Positions 28,327 to 37,520 of a DNA stretch of 55,578 nt are shown here, one piece after another. The stretch is from positions 1 to 55,578 of IMG/VR virus record IMGVR_UViG_3300032069_000014. One strand, given 5' to 3'. Made by a program: the position numbers and the translations under genes. The stretch's first letter is position 1. Each line of letters opens with the position of its first letter. The notes under the pieces are model-generated. The model was not told the DNA's origin and did no database searches. It saw nothing but the letters and a program-made list of their open reading frames with translations. Source of the DNA: a virus (taxonomy: Duplodnaviria; Caudoviricetes).

Positions 28327-28662
28327 ATGTCCCCAACAGCAGAAGAAGTGTCGAAGAAGAACGAGAAGAAAAGTAAGAAGAAAGAAGGTCTTCCCGCTCT
28401 TGCGGCGTTCAATGTGAAGATGCCTTTGGCTCTTCGCGCGCCATACGCGCAAGAGTGCGTCGATCGTGAAATAAGCGCTAATGCATTGGCGATATGGATG
28501 ATCGAGAAGCATCTCAAGAGCACAGGCAAGATCCCGAAGGATCTCGTGGTCGAGATTCCGAAGGGCGGAGGTGGAAGACTCCGCGAGAAGATCGCAGAGA
28601 AGGATACTAGGATCGCCGATCTGGAAGCCCAGATCGCGGCTCTTAAGGCTAACAAGAAGTAA
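28327..28662 (+). CDS. Putative DNA-binding protein (RHH-like plus coiled coil)
   Basis: FNVKMPLALR...ISANAL pattern; C-terminal heptads; RBS AGGAG. Confidence 0.55.
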   Translation: MSPTAEEVSKKNEKKSKKKEGLPALAAFNVKMPLALRAPYAQECVDREISANALAIWMIEKHLKSTGKIPKDLVVEIPKGGGGRLREKIAEKDTRIADLEAQIAALKANKK

Positions 28663-28675
28663 TCGGCGCTGTCGC

Positions 28676-28711
28676 GATGGGTGAGCTCGAAAGGGTTCAC
28701 CCATCATTTTT
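28676..28711 (+). terminator. Rho-independent terminator
   Basis: GATGGGTGAGCTC-GAAA-GGGTTCACCCATC followed by ATTTTT. Confidence 0.7.
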
Positions 28712-28721
28712 AAGGAATAAT

Positions 28722-29051
28722 ATGCCGCGTGAGCTCCCTGATACATTAGAGTCAGTCGTACATAAAGTAGAGCATTGTGGTTTTGAGCTTTACATAACAA
28801 CGACTTTTCATGATGGTCCAAAAGAAGTATTTGTGACGATAGCTCGCGAAGGGAGTACTCTTCGCGGTATGCTCCATGTTATCTCGATGCTAGTGAGTGT
28901 CGCATTGCGTGCGGGTGTACCTTGGAGTGAGCTGAGCGAAAAGCTTAAGCGGCATAAGTTCGATCCAATTGGTCTAGAGTATGATTCTATTGTGTGCGCA
29001 GTTGCAGCTGCGGTTGATACCTGCGTAGCTTTTCATGAGAAGGAGAAATAA
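28722..29051 (+). CDS. Stand-alone TSCPD domain protein (class II RNR NrdJ C-terminal/NrdJb-like)
   Basis: LYIT......PKEVFV.IAREGS....ML..IS.LVSVALRAGVP...L..KL....FDP. Confidence 0.7.
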   Translation: MPRELPDTLESVVHKVEHCGFELYITTTFHDGPKEVFVTIAREGSTLRGMLHVISMLVSVALRAGVPWSELSEKLKRHKFDPIGLEYDSIVCAVAAAVDTCVAFHEKEK

Positions 29052-29052
29052 A

Positions 29053-29310
29053 ATGTCGGTAGCCGGGAATGCGCATTACAAAAAAGGAAAGATTGAGCCG
29101 TGGGAAGTGATTGAGGATTGGGGGCTTGACTTTCATCTCGGGAACGTGATAAAGTACATCGGGCGTCATCGCGCTGTTCGTGCGCGGAAGAAGAGAGAGG
29201 ATCTTCTCAAGGCGATTCATTATTTAGTGCGATTCGCTTTGCGTGAAGACCCTACGCTACGGGCGGAGATTCGTGCTTATATGGCAGCAGAGATAGGAGA
29301 AGAAATATGA
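29053..29310 (+). CDS. DUF3310 family protein (T7 gp1.7 nucleotide kinase-like)
   Basis: HYKKGKIEPWEVIE...F.LGNVIKYI.R...EDLLKAIHYL. Confidence 0.85.
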   Translation: MSVAGNAHYKKGKIEPWEVIEDWGLDFHLGNVIKYIGRHRAVRARKKREDLLKAIHYLVRFALREDPTLRAEIRAYMAAEIGEEI

Positions 29311-29612
29311 ACGGAAGTGTTCCTCCTCATACGATGCGTGCTATTCAAAGTTATGTCAAAGATCATGTTCCGCCTGGCTCGTTCCTCCGAGCTGTTTTCG
29401 AACACGAGTTGTTCGATGCTTTGGGACGCGCGGATTTAGAGAATCGGTACGCGATATTTGATATTGTGAGCTACATCTATAATAACGTACCCAATGCGTG
29501 TCATGGTAGTCCCGAAGTAGTTGCTGAGTGGCTAAAGAGAAGATGGGAGCCCATTGATAATGAAACTACCGCCGATGTACCCGTTTCAGGAAATGGTGGC
29601 GAAGGCGATTGA
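29307..29612 (+). CDS. Conserved phage hypothetical protein
   Basis: PPGSFLRAV...L..A.GRAD..N...P..CHGS. Confidence 0.65.
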   Translation: MNGSVPPHTMRAIQSYVKDHVPPGSFLRAVFEHELFDALGRADLENRYAIFDIVSYIYNNVPNACHGSPEVVAEWLKRRWEPIDNETTADVPVSGNGGEGD

Positions 29613-30921
29613 GAGAAAGAAAAGAGTCGGTTTTTTGGTCTATTATGGCGGAGGGAAAACTTATCTTTCACTTCGCTGGCTCGAGGAGTTAGGGGCTGAG
29701 GCATTGCCGTGTCTCGTTCTGTGTCCTAAGACTGCAATCGTTCAATGGGGAACGGAGATCAAGAAGTTTACCGATTTCACTTGTTCGCTTGTAGAGGGGA
29801 CGCCGGCGCAGCGTGTCGAGGCAATTGATGAACAGCATCAAGTATATGTGGCGAACTATGATGCTATACGAAGTGACTCGGTCTTTTCTGCGTTGAGACT
29901 AAGGGATTTCAAAACGATCATTGCAGACGAGTCGACGATGCTTAAAGAGCGAAGAACATTGCGATTCAAGCGCTTATGGAGTTTCTGTTGTCATATCCCG
30001 CATCGTGCTCTTCTTACGGGTCGTGTGATAACAGAGCGCCCCGAGGAACTCTTCGCTCAGTTTCTTTTTCTGGACGGAGGAGAGACCTTCGGTCGATCTT
30101 ACTGGCGTTTCCGATTCACGTATTTTGATGAGCCGCCGCCATGGAAGCCATATAAATGGGAGTTGAAAGAAGGAGCTGAGAAAGTGATAGCAAAGAAGCT
30201 CGAGTCGTCTTGCGTTCGTGTTCCAGAAGAGGTAGTGTCAGCGCAGTTGCCTCCGAAGCAGTACATGCGAATCCATTTTGACCTTTCTTCAGAAGAGAGC
30301 GCAGGATATAGGCAGCTACGGGATGAGTTTGCTCTCGATTTTCCCGAAGGAGGGCGTTACGAGACGCAGTGGGTTTTAGCTCGCTCGGCGAAGATGCATC
30401 AGTTCGCGAGCGGCTTCGTCTATCGTGAGTTAGATGAGCCGTTAATCTACAACACACGAAAGGCTGAATGGATCAGTGAGAATCTCCCTGAGATGCTATT
30501 GCGTGGCCCGTCAGTTATCTGGACAAGCTATTTGGTGCATCAGGTAGTTATTGAACTGGAGCTGTTAGCGAAAGGGTTCTCTTGTAGCAAGCTCAACGGT
30601 GAAATGAAGCAAGAAAAGAGGCAGCAGCAGCTCGATGCATTTTTGCAAGGGAAAACAGACATCTTGCTTATTATGGAGCAGCTCGGGGCTGCTGCGCTCA
30701 ACCTGCAGCGAGCCTGCAATGCTATCTTTGCTGATTGTGCTTACAGCGCTGCGATGAGAGAAAACGCCGAACATCGTACTTACCGCATAGGAACAGCGAA
30801 GACTGTTTTCTACTATGATCTAGTCACGCTCAAGACCTTAGACGAAGCGGTGCTAAACGCAATTCGCGACAAGAAAGAAATCTCCGACACGATTCTTCAA
30901 CACATAAGAGGAGTAGAGTGA
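29560..30921 (+). CDS. SNF2-family helicase
   Basis: GGGKT, ANYD, IIADES, LLTG, ALNLQ, AEHRTYRIG. Confidence 0.85.
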   Translation: MKLPPMYPFQEMVAKAIERKKRVGFLVYYGGGKTYLSLRWLEELGAEALPCLVLCPKTAIVQWGTEIKKFTDFTCSLVEGTPAQRVEAIDEQHQVYVANYDAIRSDSVFSALRLRDFKTIIADESTMLKERRTLRFKRLWSFCCHIPHRALLTGRVITERPEELFAQFLFLDGGETFGRSYWRFRFTYFDEPPPWKPYKWELKEGAEKVIAKKLESSCVRVPEEVVSAQLPPKQYMRIHFDLSSEESAGYRQLRDEFALDFPEGGRYETQWVLARSAKMHQFASGFVYRELDEPLIYNTRKAEWISENLPEMLLRGPSVIWTSYLVHQVVIELELLAKGFSCSKLNGEMKQEKRQQQLDAFLQGKTDILLIMEQLGAAALNLQRACNAIFADCAYSAAMRENAEHRTYRIGTAKTVFYYDLVTLKTLDEAVLNAIRDKKEISDTILQHIRGVE

Positions 30922-31109
30922 TGACAGAAGAATATGGTGACGATAACGCTTCAATGGAGCGTTATTGGCAATGTCAAGAATGTGGGTATACGAGCTATAC
31001 GAGACCGATGCCGCAAGACCGCACAGCTTTCTATCGTCGAGTCGACGAACAAGGAAGCCCAAAATGCCCGAAATGTAAATCAGATAGTTTTATGCCTGTA
31101 GGCTTTTAG
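30918..31109 (+). CDS. Zinc-ribbon protein
   Basis: CQEC...CPKC; RBS GAGGAG. Confidence 0.6.
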   Translation: MMTEEYGDDNASMERYWQCQECGYTSYTRPMPQDRTAFYRRVDEQGSPKCPKCKSDSFMPVGF

Positions 31110-31121
31110 AGGAGTAGAATA

Positions 31122-31397
31122 ATGACTGACGCTATGCGTATTCTAAAAGCGCTTTATGAGCTCGGCGCCACCGAAGGAACAGGTAAGTGGGTCACGAAAA
31201 AAGAGATTGGTAAAGTATCTTGCGCGCAGGCTATGCCGCATGCAGTTCTCGAGTACCCCGATCGTTTCGCGTTTACTATGTGGGCAACTCTCGTAGATGG
31301 GTTTGTTTCGATAAAACGCGAAAATTGCCGGCTTTTGCTGCGTCTGACGCCTTTTGGTGAACTTAAGGTAATAAACCAGAACAAGCAAGGAGAATAA
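31122..31397 (+). CDS. Hypothetical protein (possible winged helix)
   Basis: RBS GAGGAG; LRLTPFG wing-like motif. Confidence 0.55.
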   Translation: MTDAMRILKALYELGATEGTGKWVTKKEIGKVSCAQAMPHAVLEYPDRFAFTMWATLVDGFVSIKRENCRLLLRLTPFGELKVINQNKQGE

Positions 31398-31399
31398 CA

Positions 31400-31744
31400 A
31401 TGGGTCTCGACTTTTCACATTGTGACGCGCACTGGAGTTATCTAGGTTTTCATCGGTTTCGGCGACGTATAGCGAAAGCTATCGGGGTCGATCTTGACGA
31501 GATGTCCATTTTTGGGTCGGAGGGTAAACCATGGTCAGGAGTGGACTCACCGCTTGTAGCGCTTCTGATCCGCTCAGACTGTGAAGGCGAATTGTCTCCT
31601 TCGCAATGCGCTTTAATGATAGAACCGTTAAAAAAGATTCTTTTTCAATGGTCAAGGGATGACTACGATCGGCAGCAGGGACTGCAGCTTGTCAAGGGGA
31701 TGGAGAGTGCTGTTGCGTCGAATCAACATCTACATTTCCATTAA
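31400..31744 (+). CDS. Conserved phage hypothetical protein
   Basis: MGLD...WSY.GF..FR...SDCEG.LSP.QC; RBS AAGGAG. Confidence 0.65.
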   Translation: MGLDFSHCDAHWSYLGFHRFRRRIAKAIGVDLDEMSIFGSEGKPWSGVDSPLVALLIRSDCEGELSPSQCALMIEPLKKILFQWSRDDYDRQQGLQLVKGMESAVASNQHLHFH

Positions 31745-31756
31745 GGAGACTATTCG

Positions 31757-32230
31757 ATGACTGATAAACAACGAGGTTTTAGTTATTATGCCGGTCATAT
31801 GTATATGGTTAGCACAGCAGTTGTAGCATCGGTGTTGCTTTTTGCGGCTGTATTCTTTGGTAAAACAAATACTCACCAGATGACCTTTTATTATTTGCTG
31901 TCGGTGATTCGACAGGTCGAAAGCGCAGGTGATGATCGAGCTGTTGGCGACAACGGAACAAGCCGCGGACCATTCCAGATTAAGCGCGCCTACTGGCGAG
32001 AAGCCGTGGTCGGAACAGACGCAGCGAAGTGGGACTACGACGTATGGGTTTGGGATCCTGATCGCGCAGGGTATGTCGTTTATTTACGTTGGTGTAAAAT
32101 CTGTCCAGAGGCGTTGAGGACTAGCAATTTAGAGCTGCTAGCTCGCTGTCATCGGTTGCCAAATGATCCATGGCGAAAAGACAATGATGATTATTGGCAA
32201 CGAATCAAGACTAGGATAAAGAATGAATAA
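31757..32230 (+). CDS. Lysozyme-like (transglycosylase / i-type-like) protein with N-terminal anchor
   Basis: IRQVES.G...AVGDNG.SRGPFQI...YW; N-terminal hydrophobic helix. Confidence 0.7.
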   Translation: MTDKQRGFSYYAGHMYMVSTAVVASVLLFAAVFFGKTNTHQMTFYYLLSVIRQVESAGDDRAVGDNGTSRGPFQIKRAYWREAVVGTDAAKWDYDVWVWDPDRAGYVVYLRWCKICPEALRTSNLELLARCHRLPNDPWRKDNDDYWQRIKTRIKNE

Positions 32231-32430
32231 TGAGAAAAGATAGCAGCAAATGCCCGAAGTGCGATGTAGAGATGTCCTGTCCTGGTGGGTCTCTATTGTG
32301 CACGCGGCATGAGGTAGATGGGTTAGGGTGCAAGAAGCGTCAAATCGATCGGCTGACACAGAAATGCGCCGCCCTACAGAAACTCTATAATCGATGCCGT
32401 AAAGAACAAAATCGGCGACGAAGGAGATAG
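32230..32430 (+). CDS. Small Cys-rich protein
   Basis: CPKC motif; coupled start. Confidence 0.5.
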   Translation: MRKDSSKCPKCDVEMSCPGGSLLCTRHEVDGLGCKKRQIDRLTQKCAALQKLYNRCRKEQNRRRRR

Positions 32431-32434
32431 AGCG

Positions 32435-33292
32435 ATGAGCGACAACAGAATCGGGCAGTGGTTTGTGGACGCGACAGATCCGAGGAAATGGTACGGGCCG
32501 GTAACGGCGCAGGGTGCTGGGGCCGTCTATGGTCGGGATTGTTGGGCTGGTGACACAGAGTGGGCGATTTCTTACGGCGATATTGATAGCCGCGGGTATA
32601 TTCGCATCACGCCAAAGCCGGTCCTGCCGCGGGGGCTGCGGACGCGCGAGTGCAGACTACCGAAGAAGGATGAGAGATATGCGGGTTTCTACGAGGACAT
32701 TTGTTATACGAGAGAGGATTGGATTGCGATCACCGCCGGCGGGGACATCTATGGCTGGCGTCGCTGGATCATCGAGGATGACCCGGACGCGAAGCCTGCG
32801 TCGCAGGCACGGGAGATGGCTCAGTATGATGATGACCTGCCGTTGACGGGAGACACAATGAGTGATTATGCTTATGGTAGGCTGAGTAAGAGTGACACCG
32901 AGATCGCGAACCTGACTCGTGAGCGTGACGAAGCGCGGGCGGCATGCGCAGGGTGGAATGAGGTCGTCGAGACTATCCGGGACACTGTACTACACGAACG
33001 CGGTCCTATGGCAGAAATGGATTTTGGCTCTGATCGCATAAATGCCGTGTTGGCGGTGATAGATGAAGCAACACCTGACGTTAACCCAGGTTATGACCTA
33101 TGCGCTGAACTCGACCAGCTGCGCGCTGAGTGTCGCAATACCCAAGCGTCGGTGATGGATAGGCTAATAAAGAACTCCCCGGCTGACGCAGGAGCTTCTC
33201 AAGGCGCGGACGACAAGAGAAAGCGCATAAGAAAAATTATTTTCAGTTTCTTCTTGCAAATCTGGCAGAGGATCCGTATAATAAAAGAATGA
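32435..33292 (+). CDS. Hypothetical protein
   Basis: 285-aa ORF with RBS AAGGAG; mosaic with a coiled coil (TRERDEAR). Confidence 0.55.
   Translation: MSDNRIGQWFVDATDPRKWYGPVTAQGAGAVYGRDCWAGDTEWAISYGDIDSRGYIRITPKPVLPRGLRTRECRLPKKDERYAGFYEDICYTREDWIAITAGGDIYGWRRWIIEDDPDAKPASQAREMAQYDDDLPLTGDTMSDYAYGRLSKSDTEIANLTRERDEARAACAGWNEVVETIRDTVLHERGPMAEMDFGSDRINAVLAVIDEATPDVNPGYDLCAELDQLRAECRNTQASVMDRLIKNSPADAGASQGADDKRKRIRKIIFSFFLQIWQRIRIIKE
33254..33282 (+). promoter_or_regulatory. Sigma70 promoter (probably leaderless mRNA)
   Basis: TTGCAA-17bp-TATAAT; ATG 6 nt downstream of the -10 box. Confidence 0.75.
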
Positions 33293-33483
33293 AGATGCCC
33301 TATACAATCGTACGAGCGCAGAGCCAGTATACCTGCACGCGTTGTGACAAAGAGATCGAGAAAGGCGAAGAATACGTTCGTCAAGGGAGCCTCCCTTTCC
33401 ATGCACGATGTTTTCGAACCAAGATAAAAGAAAGCCTCGCACGCTATCGCGAGACACTGGAGCAGCTTGATCGACAAATATAA
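33289..33483 (+). CDS. Small zinc-finger protein (CxxC...HxxC)
   Basis: CTRC...FHARC; paralogue of 49968-50168. Confidence 0.7.
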   Translation: MKMPYTIVRAQSQYTCTRCDKEIEKGEEYVRQGSLPFHARCFRTKIKESLARYRETLEQLDRQI

Positions 33484-33859
33484 GAAAATACGAGTCGGTA
33501 ATAAGCTCATACCAGAGCATCTGGTCGTCGCCAGTCAAACAGTCGGGCGAGAACTCAGGGTCTCGGAAGTTGTTCATCACATCAACGGCGATGAAAAGGA
33601 CAATCGCGCAGAGAATCTGCTCGTACTTCCCTCACGAAAGGCTCATTCGTTGCTAGCGAGTATTATAGGGTGCTTCTTGGAAGAAAAGGGTTTAGTAGAT
33701 TCTTTCCGAGATTGGTACGATACGACGCAGCGCGAGCTCGCTGAGAAAGAAGAGGAGCTCCGTGTTGCGCTGGAGGAAAGAGCCAAACTCGAGAAAAGAG
33801 CCAAGAGGTATAAACAAGAGGAGATCACCTATGTCTTTAACACGCGTAATATGTTATAA
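33467..33859 (+). CDS. HNH endonuclease
   Basis: EH.VV....GREL...EVVHHINGD..DNR.ENL...H. Confidence 0.85.
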   Translation: MIDKYKKIRVGNKLIPEHLVVASQTVGRELRVSEVVHHINGDEKDNRAENLLVLPSRKAHSLLASIIGCFLEEKGLVDSFRDWYDTTQRELAEKEEELRVALEERAKLEKRAKRYKQEEITYVFNTRNML

Positions 33860-34253
33860 GTCAACTCTCGAGCGTCTCGTGCAGGCAAGCGGGTTGAGTG
33901 AATTCCAGCATCGGCCAGAAATGCAGATAGCTTCGAGGATGCTCCTCTTACCCGAGATGAATCAACATATCGAAGGAAAGACAACCCAGCTCAGAAAAGG
34001 AAAAGAGGTTCTAGCTGAAATTAGCGGTATAGATAAAGGTCCTTCTAGCTGGATTTTATGTAATAAGATTACCCCCGGCTGGCGCGGGGGACCTGAGTAC
34101 TACCCTGAGCAGAAAAGACCTTTAGCTTTGCTTCTAACAGACATATATCACCCGTCTTATACACCAGCGGAGCGTCGTCTAGTTGCTCAACATGCACGAC
34201 AACTTCGTAAAGTGGGGTTTCGGGTCGATACTCACAGTTTTGAAGGTTACTAA
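33831..34253 (+). CDS. Hypothetical protein
   Basis: ATG at 33831 after GAGGAG. Confidence 0.55.
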   Translation: MSLTRVICYKSTLERLVQASGLSEFQHRPEMQIASRMLLLPEMNQHIEGKTTQLRKGKEVLAEISGIDKGPSSWILCNKITPGWRGGPEYYPEQKRPLALLLTDIYHPSYTPAERRLVAQHARQLRKVGFRVDTHSFEGY

Positions 34254-34262
34254 GGAGAGCCA

Positions 34263-35159
34263 ATGGTCGTGACAGTGTCATTACGAAACATGTTTTTTGA
34301 CTGTCCGCGAAAGTTCTTCTTTTTCTATGTTCGGCGTCTTCAACGCAGGCAGACTCCGCACGCGCTGCAGTGGGGCTCGTTAGTACATCGAGCATTAGCG
34401 GTGCTCGACAATATGGGACTCGAAGGGGTCGATCTATGTGTGGCTGAAATCAGACATGAAATCGAAGAAGGGCTTTTCGCTGTTGAAGATCTCAATCAGC
34501 TTGACTCGATGCTCCGTGTTCTCCCGCACGCCATAGGAGCATACGCGTTGCGATATAAGGACGACGTATACGAGAACGTCGAATTGGAGCGGGAGTTCTC
34601 ACTTACTCTACCCAGCGGAAAGCATACCTTTCGAGGGAAAATTGATGCAGTCGTCAAACGCAAGGGTGAGGACGTTCTCTATCTTAAGGAGCGAAAGACC
34701 GCAGCACGTACGGGTGATGCTTACTATGAGCGATTACCTCGGGATCCCCAGCTAAGAGGATATGTTGCGGGTGCGCGGAGAGCTCTTGAGCTCTCTGTGC
34801 AGAATGTTCTCTATGATGTGTTGAAGAAACCGCAGCTCTATCGCCGTGTCGGAGAATCAGACGAAAGCTACGACGTGCGCCTCGGAGAAGAGTATCTGCT
34901 CAATAAAGATGAGCTGTGCGAGCGGCGTATCATCCCAATGGCGTCTATGAATGAAGATGCTTATTTCGCTGAGATGGATGAAGTAGCTGACATGATCGAA
35001 TGGTGCATTGCTCGTGGCGCTTTTCCCGAGCAGTGCGCAGGGAATCGTTTAGGGCGTTGTTCGTACGAGCCTCTGTGCAGTCAAGGCGCAGAGCATCTGT
35101 ATAGCCAACGTCCACAAGAAGAGCTCCATCCTGAGCTCGAAGCCACCGAAGGAGACTAA
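34263..35159 (+). CDS. PD-(D/E)XK exonuclease (RecB/Cas4-like)
   Basis: CPRKF, GSLVH, ELE..F, GKIDAV, KERKT, QLRGY and C-terminal cysteines. Confidence 0.85.
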   Translation: MVVTVSLRNMFFDCPRKFFFFYVRRLQRRQTPHALQWGSLVHRALAVLDNMGLEGVDLCVAEIRHEIEEGLFAVEDLNQLDSMLRVLPHAIGAYALRYKDDVYENVELEREFSLTLPSGKHTFRGKIDAVVKRKGEDVLYLKERKTAARTGDAYYERLPRDPQLRGYVAGARRALELSVQNVLYDVLKKPQLYRRVGESDESYDVRLGEEYLLNKDELCERRIIPMASMNEDAYFAEMDEVADMIEWCIARGAFPEQCAGNRLGRCSYEPLCSQGAEHLYSQRPQEELHPELEATEGD

Positions 35160-35201
35160 CATGACTGACTTAGTACGAGACGAAAAGTATAGTGCGAAGA
35201 G
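35149..35201 (+). repeat. RBS + 12-codon leader repeat, copy 1 (others at 35510-35557 and 37510-37561)
   Basis: AAGGAGACTAACATGACTGACTTAGTACGAGACGAAAAGTATAGTGCG is near-identical in all three. Confidence 0.95.
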
Positions 35202-35511
35202 AAGGATCGTATCCGCTGCTGTCGTCGCTGCAAATGCGATAGAGCCTATTGAGGTGGCGTTAGAAAAACTACGCGAACAAAGGCATATACACACACCTCG
35301 TCGTTGGACTGATCCGTTCGAACCGTATATTGACGATCTCTCCGAGTTTAGAGCAGAAGGAGAAGCAGATAACACTGAGATACATGATTGGTGCTTGGGG
35401 GGAGCAGTACATGTTCGGTGTACAGAGGGAATTTTTAATGAAATGATGGCGCGCAGGTACGACAAACCCAAATTCAAACCACCACCAATTACTAAGAAGC
35501 AATACGGCTAA
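35161..35511 (+). CDS. Hypothetical protein with MTDLVRDEKYSA leader
   Basis: ORF track plus shared leader. Confidence 0.75.
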   Translation: MTDLVRDEKYSAKRRIVSAAVVAANAIEPIEVALEKLREQRHIHTPRRWTDPFEPYIDDLSEFRAEGEADNTEIHDWCLGGAVHVRCTEGIFNEMMARRYDKPKFKPPPITKKQYG

Positions 35512-35521
35512 GGAGACTAAC

Positions 35522-35851
35522 ATGACTGACTTAGTACGAGACGAAAAGTATAGTGCGGAGAAGAAAACTCCAGCAGGGACGTTCGGCAGCAAAAAGCGCT
35601 ATACTGAAGATAGCGTACTCATGCGCCCGGGTATGACGATATATGTGTTAGGTAAAGAGCCTTGGCCAAATCTTCTATATGGCCCAGTAGTTATAGAACG
35701 CTTACAAGAAACGTATCTTATACCTGCGGAGCCTAGTAATGATACAGGATATAAAGACAGGCTTTATTATGACAGCTGCACTTTCTTCAGCACGCGTAAA
35801 GCCACACTGAATGCGATCGGTGAATGGCGGAAATCTCACGGATACCTCTAA
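35522..35851 (+). CDS. Hypothetical protein with MTDLVRDEKYSA leader
   Basis: ORF track plus shared leader. Confidence 0.75.
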   Translation: MTDLVRDEKYSAEKKTPAGTFGSKKRYTEDSVLMRPGMTIYVLGKEPWPNLLYGPVVIERLQETYLIPAEPSNDTGYKDRLYYDSCTFFSTRKATLNAIGEWRKSHGYL

Positions 35852-35861
35852 GGAGACTGAC

Positions 35862-36056
35862 ATGTTCAATTGCGCTATCTGCCTAAAACCAAGCAAACCA
35901 GGAGAGAAGATGAACAAGCAAACACTACTGGAGAGAGAAAGGATTTACCCGAATGGAAGTCGAGGAAGAGAGATAGTGCTCGAAGTGGGTATCTGTACTA
36001 GCTGCAAAAAAGCCGTTGATAGTCTCGAAGGTGTCAAGGAGACGATCAGTGCTTAA
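35862..36056 (+). CDS. Small zinc-binding protein
   Basis: CAIC...CTSC; RBS AAGGAG. Confidence 0.6.
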   Translation: MFNCAICLKPSKPGEKMNKQTLLERERIYPNGSRGREIVLEVGICTSCKKAVDSLEGVKETISA

Positions 36057-36873
36057 ACAAGAGCTCACACCGCCGGTAGAGGATCCAAAGAAGTGGTTGA
36101 TACTAATTCACGGTGAGAGTGGTGTAGGGAAGACTTCATGGGCAGCACAGATTCCTGGCCATTACTTTGTGCGAACTGAAGAAGGATGCAAGGGTCTCTT
36201 TACATATGGGGAGACTGTGACTTCCTGGACTCAATTCGTCAATGATATTGTAGGTGAGATACTCAAGGGAGCCGACAAGAACTGGGAGGGACAGCGCCGC
36301 ATCGAGACTCTCATCGTTGACGTCGCAGAGAAACTCTGGTGGCTCTGTGCGGATTGGATCGCGAAAAACAAACAATTCATGGTGCGTGGCGTCGCTCAAT
36401 CTTTCACTGACATTCGCCATGTACCTTACGGGCTCGGTTACTCTGATACAACGGTGGAGTTCATGCGTATCATTCGGCTGATACAGCGCACGGGTGTAGG
36501 TGTCGTTCTTATCTCGCACACGAACTACCGTCACTTCAAGTGGGGTACAGAGGATCTACGCCGAGCGGAGCCCGACTTTAGCGCAGGTACAGTAGACGAG
36601 ATCGTGGGGGAGTGTGATGCAGTCGGCTACTTCGCTATAGATGAGAAAGTGAAAAAAGAAGCCCAAGGAGAGAGCCTTGTCATTGTCTCTACCGAGCAAG
36701 GACGCTTCCAACATTGGCAACCTCAGTTTCTTCGAATCGCAAAACATCGATTTGATCTACCCGAGGTGATTCCTCTTCCTAAATATGAAGGTTGGGGTGT
36801 GTATTGTGAGGAATTCGAGAAAGGAGCCGCACGCGAACAAGAAAGGCAGATGAAAACTAGTATCCGAACATAG
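36049..36873 (+). CDS. AAA ATPase (AAA_24 / Sak4-like recombination protein)
   Basis: HGESGVGKT, TLIVD, VLISH; lies between the exonuclease and SSB. Confidence 0.8.
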   Translation: MLKQELTPPVEDPKKWLILIHGESGVGKTSWAAQIPGHYFVRTEEGCKGLFTYGETVTSWTQFVNDIVGEILKGADKNWEGQRRIETLIVDVAEKLWWLCADWIAKNKQFMVRGVAQSFTDIRHVPYGLGYSDTTVEFMRIIRLIQRTGVGVVLISHTNYRHFKWGTEDLRRAEPDFSAGTVDEIVGECDAVGYFAIDEKVKKEAQGESLVIVSTEQGRFQHWQPQFLRIAKHRFDLPEVIPLPKYEGWGVYCEEFEKGAAREQERQMKTSIRT

Positions 36874-36896
36874 CTTTTGAGAACAAGGAATCAAAC

Positions 36897-37379
36897 ATGA
36901 GCGAAGATGTAACAAAAGCACTAGAAGAGTCACAAGCAGCTTGGGCCGAGGCGCGTGAGCAACCGAGGCAGGCGACAACGCTACCTTTAGGTAGCTATCT
37001 ATTCAAGATCACCAACGCTTTCGTCGGTCGATCTACGGGTGAAGCACAAAGACTTCAGCTCCGCATTGACCTCCAGGTTCTTAGAGGACCGAACGAGGAA
37101 GTAGTCGGACGTAGCTACTTTAAGACCTGGGGACTTGAAGACGCTGAGCAGATGAAGTGGCTTGCAGGTGACCTCTTGAATCTTGGTCTTGAGCTCCCTA
37201 CCGAGGTTAAGAAGATTCCGACGGAAACCTGTCTCGCGTTGATCAATGTGTGCTTTGAAGCTCAGGTCCGTCCCTCGCGGGATCCGCAATACGGCCCGAA
37301 CGTGTGGATCTCGAAAAATGCAAGGAGAACACCCGAGGGCGACCTCGCGGGTAGCGGTGAAGGCGGCCTAAGATACTAA
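36897..37379 (+). CDS. Putative single-stranded DNA-binding protein (DUF669-like)
   Basis: LPLGSY.FKI....V..S pattern; exonuclease-AAA-SSB synteny. Confidence 0.65.
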   Translation: MSEDVTKALEESQAAWAEAREQPRQATTLPLGSYLFKITNAFVGRSTGEAQRLQLRIDLQVLRGPNEEVVGRSYFKTWGLEDAEQMKWLAGDLLNLGLELPTEVKKIPTETCLALINVCFEAQVRPSRDPQYGPNVWISKNARRTPEGDLAGSGEGGLRY

Positions 37380-37418
37380 TGGTTTAGCGTAGCGTATTCT
37401 CCTTCCGCTGCGCCCAGA

Positions 37419-37503
37419 GGAGCTGTGGTGAGTGAAGCACCTGGGAGTTCACCCGAATCCGCTGAGCGGACCGAGGTAGGTTCAAATCCTACTCACAGCT
37501 TCA
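37419..37503 (+). ncRNA. tRNA-like element with intact acceptor and T arms but a degenerate anticodon arm
   Basis: GGAGCTG(TG) pairs with (CA)CAGCTTC; T-arm GTAGG-TTCAAAT-CCTAC; variable hairpin TCCGC-TGA-GCGGA. Confidence 0.5.
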
Positions 37504-37520
37504 TCTTTTAGGAGACTAAC

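Noticed and set aside
34263-35159. Cas4 as part of a CRISPR-Cas system
   Set aside because: No other cas genes or array; it sits in the usual exonuclease-AAA-SSB recombination module
37419-37503. Functional tRNA-Sec or suppressor tRNA (TTCA in the loop)
   Set aside because: The anticodon stem-loop cannot form the canonical geometry; kept only as tRNA-like
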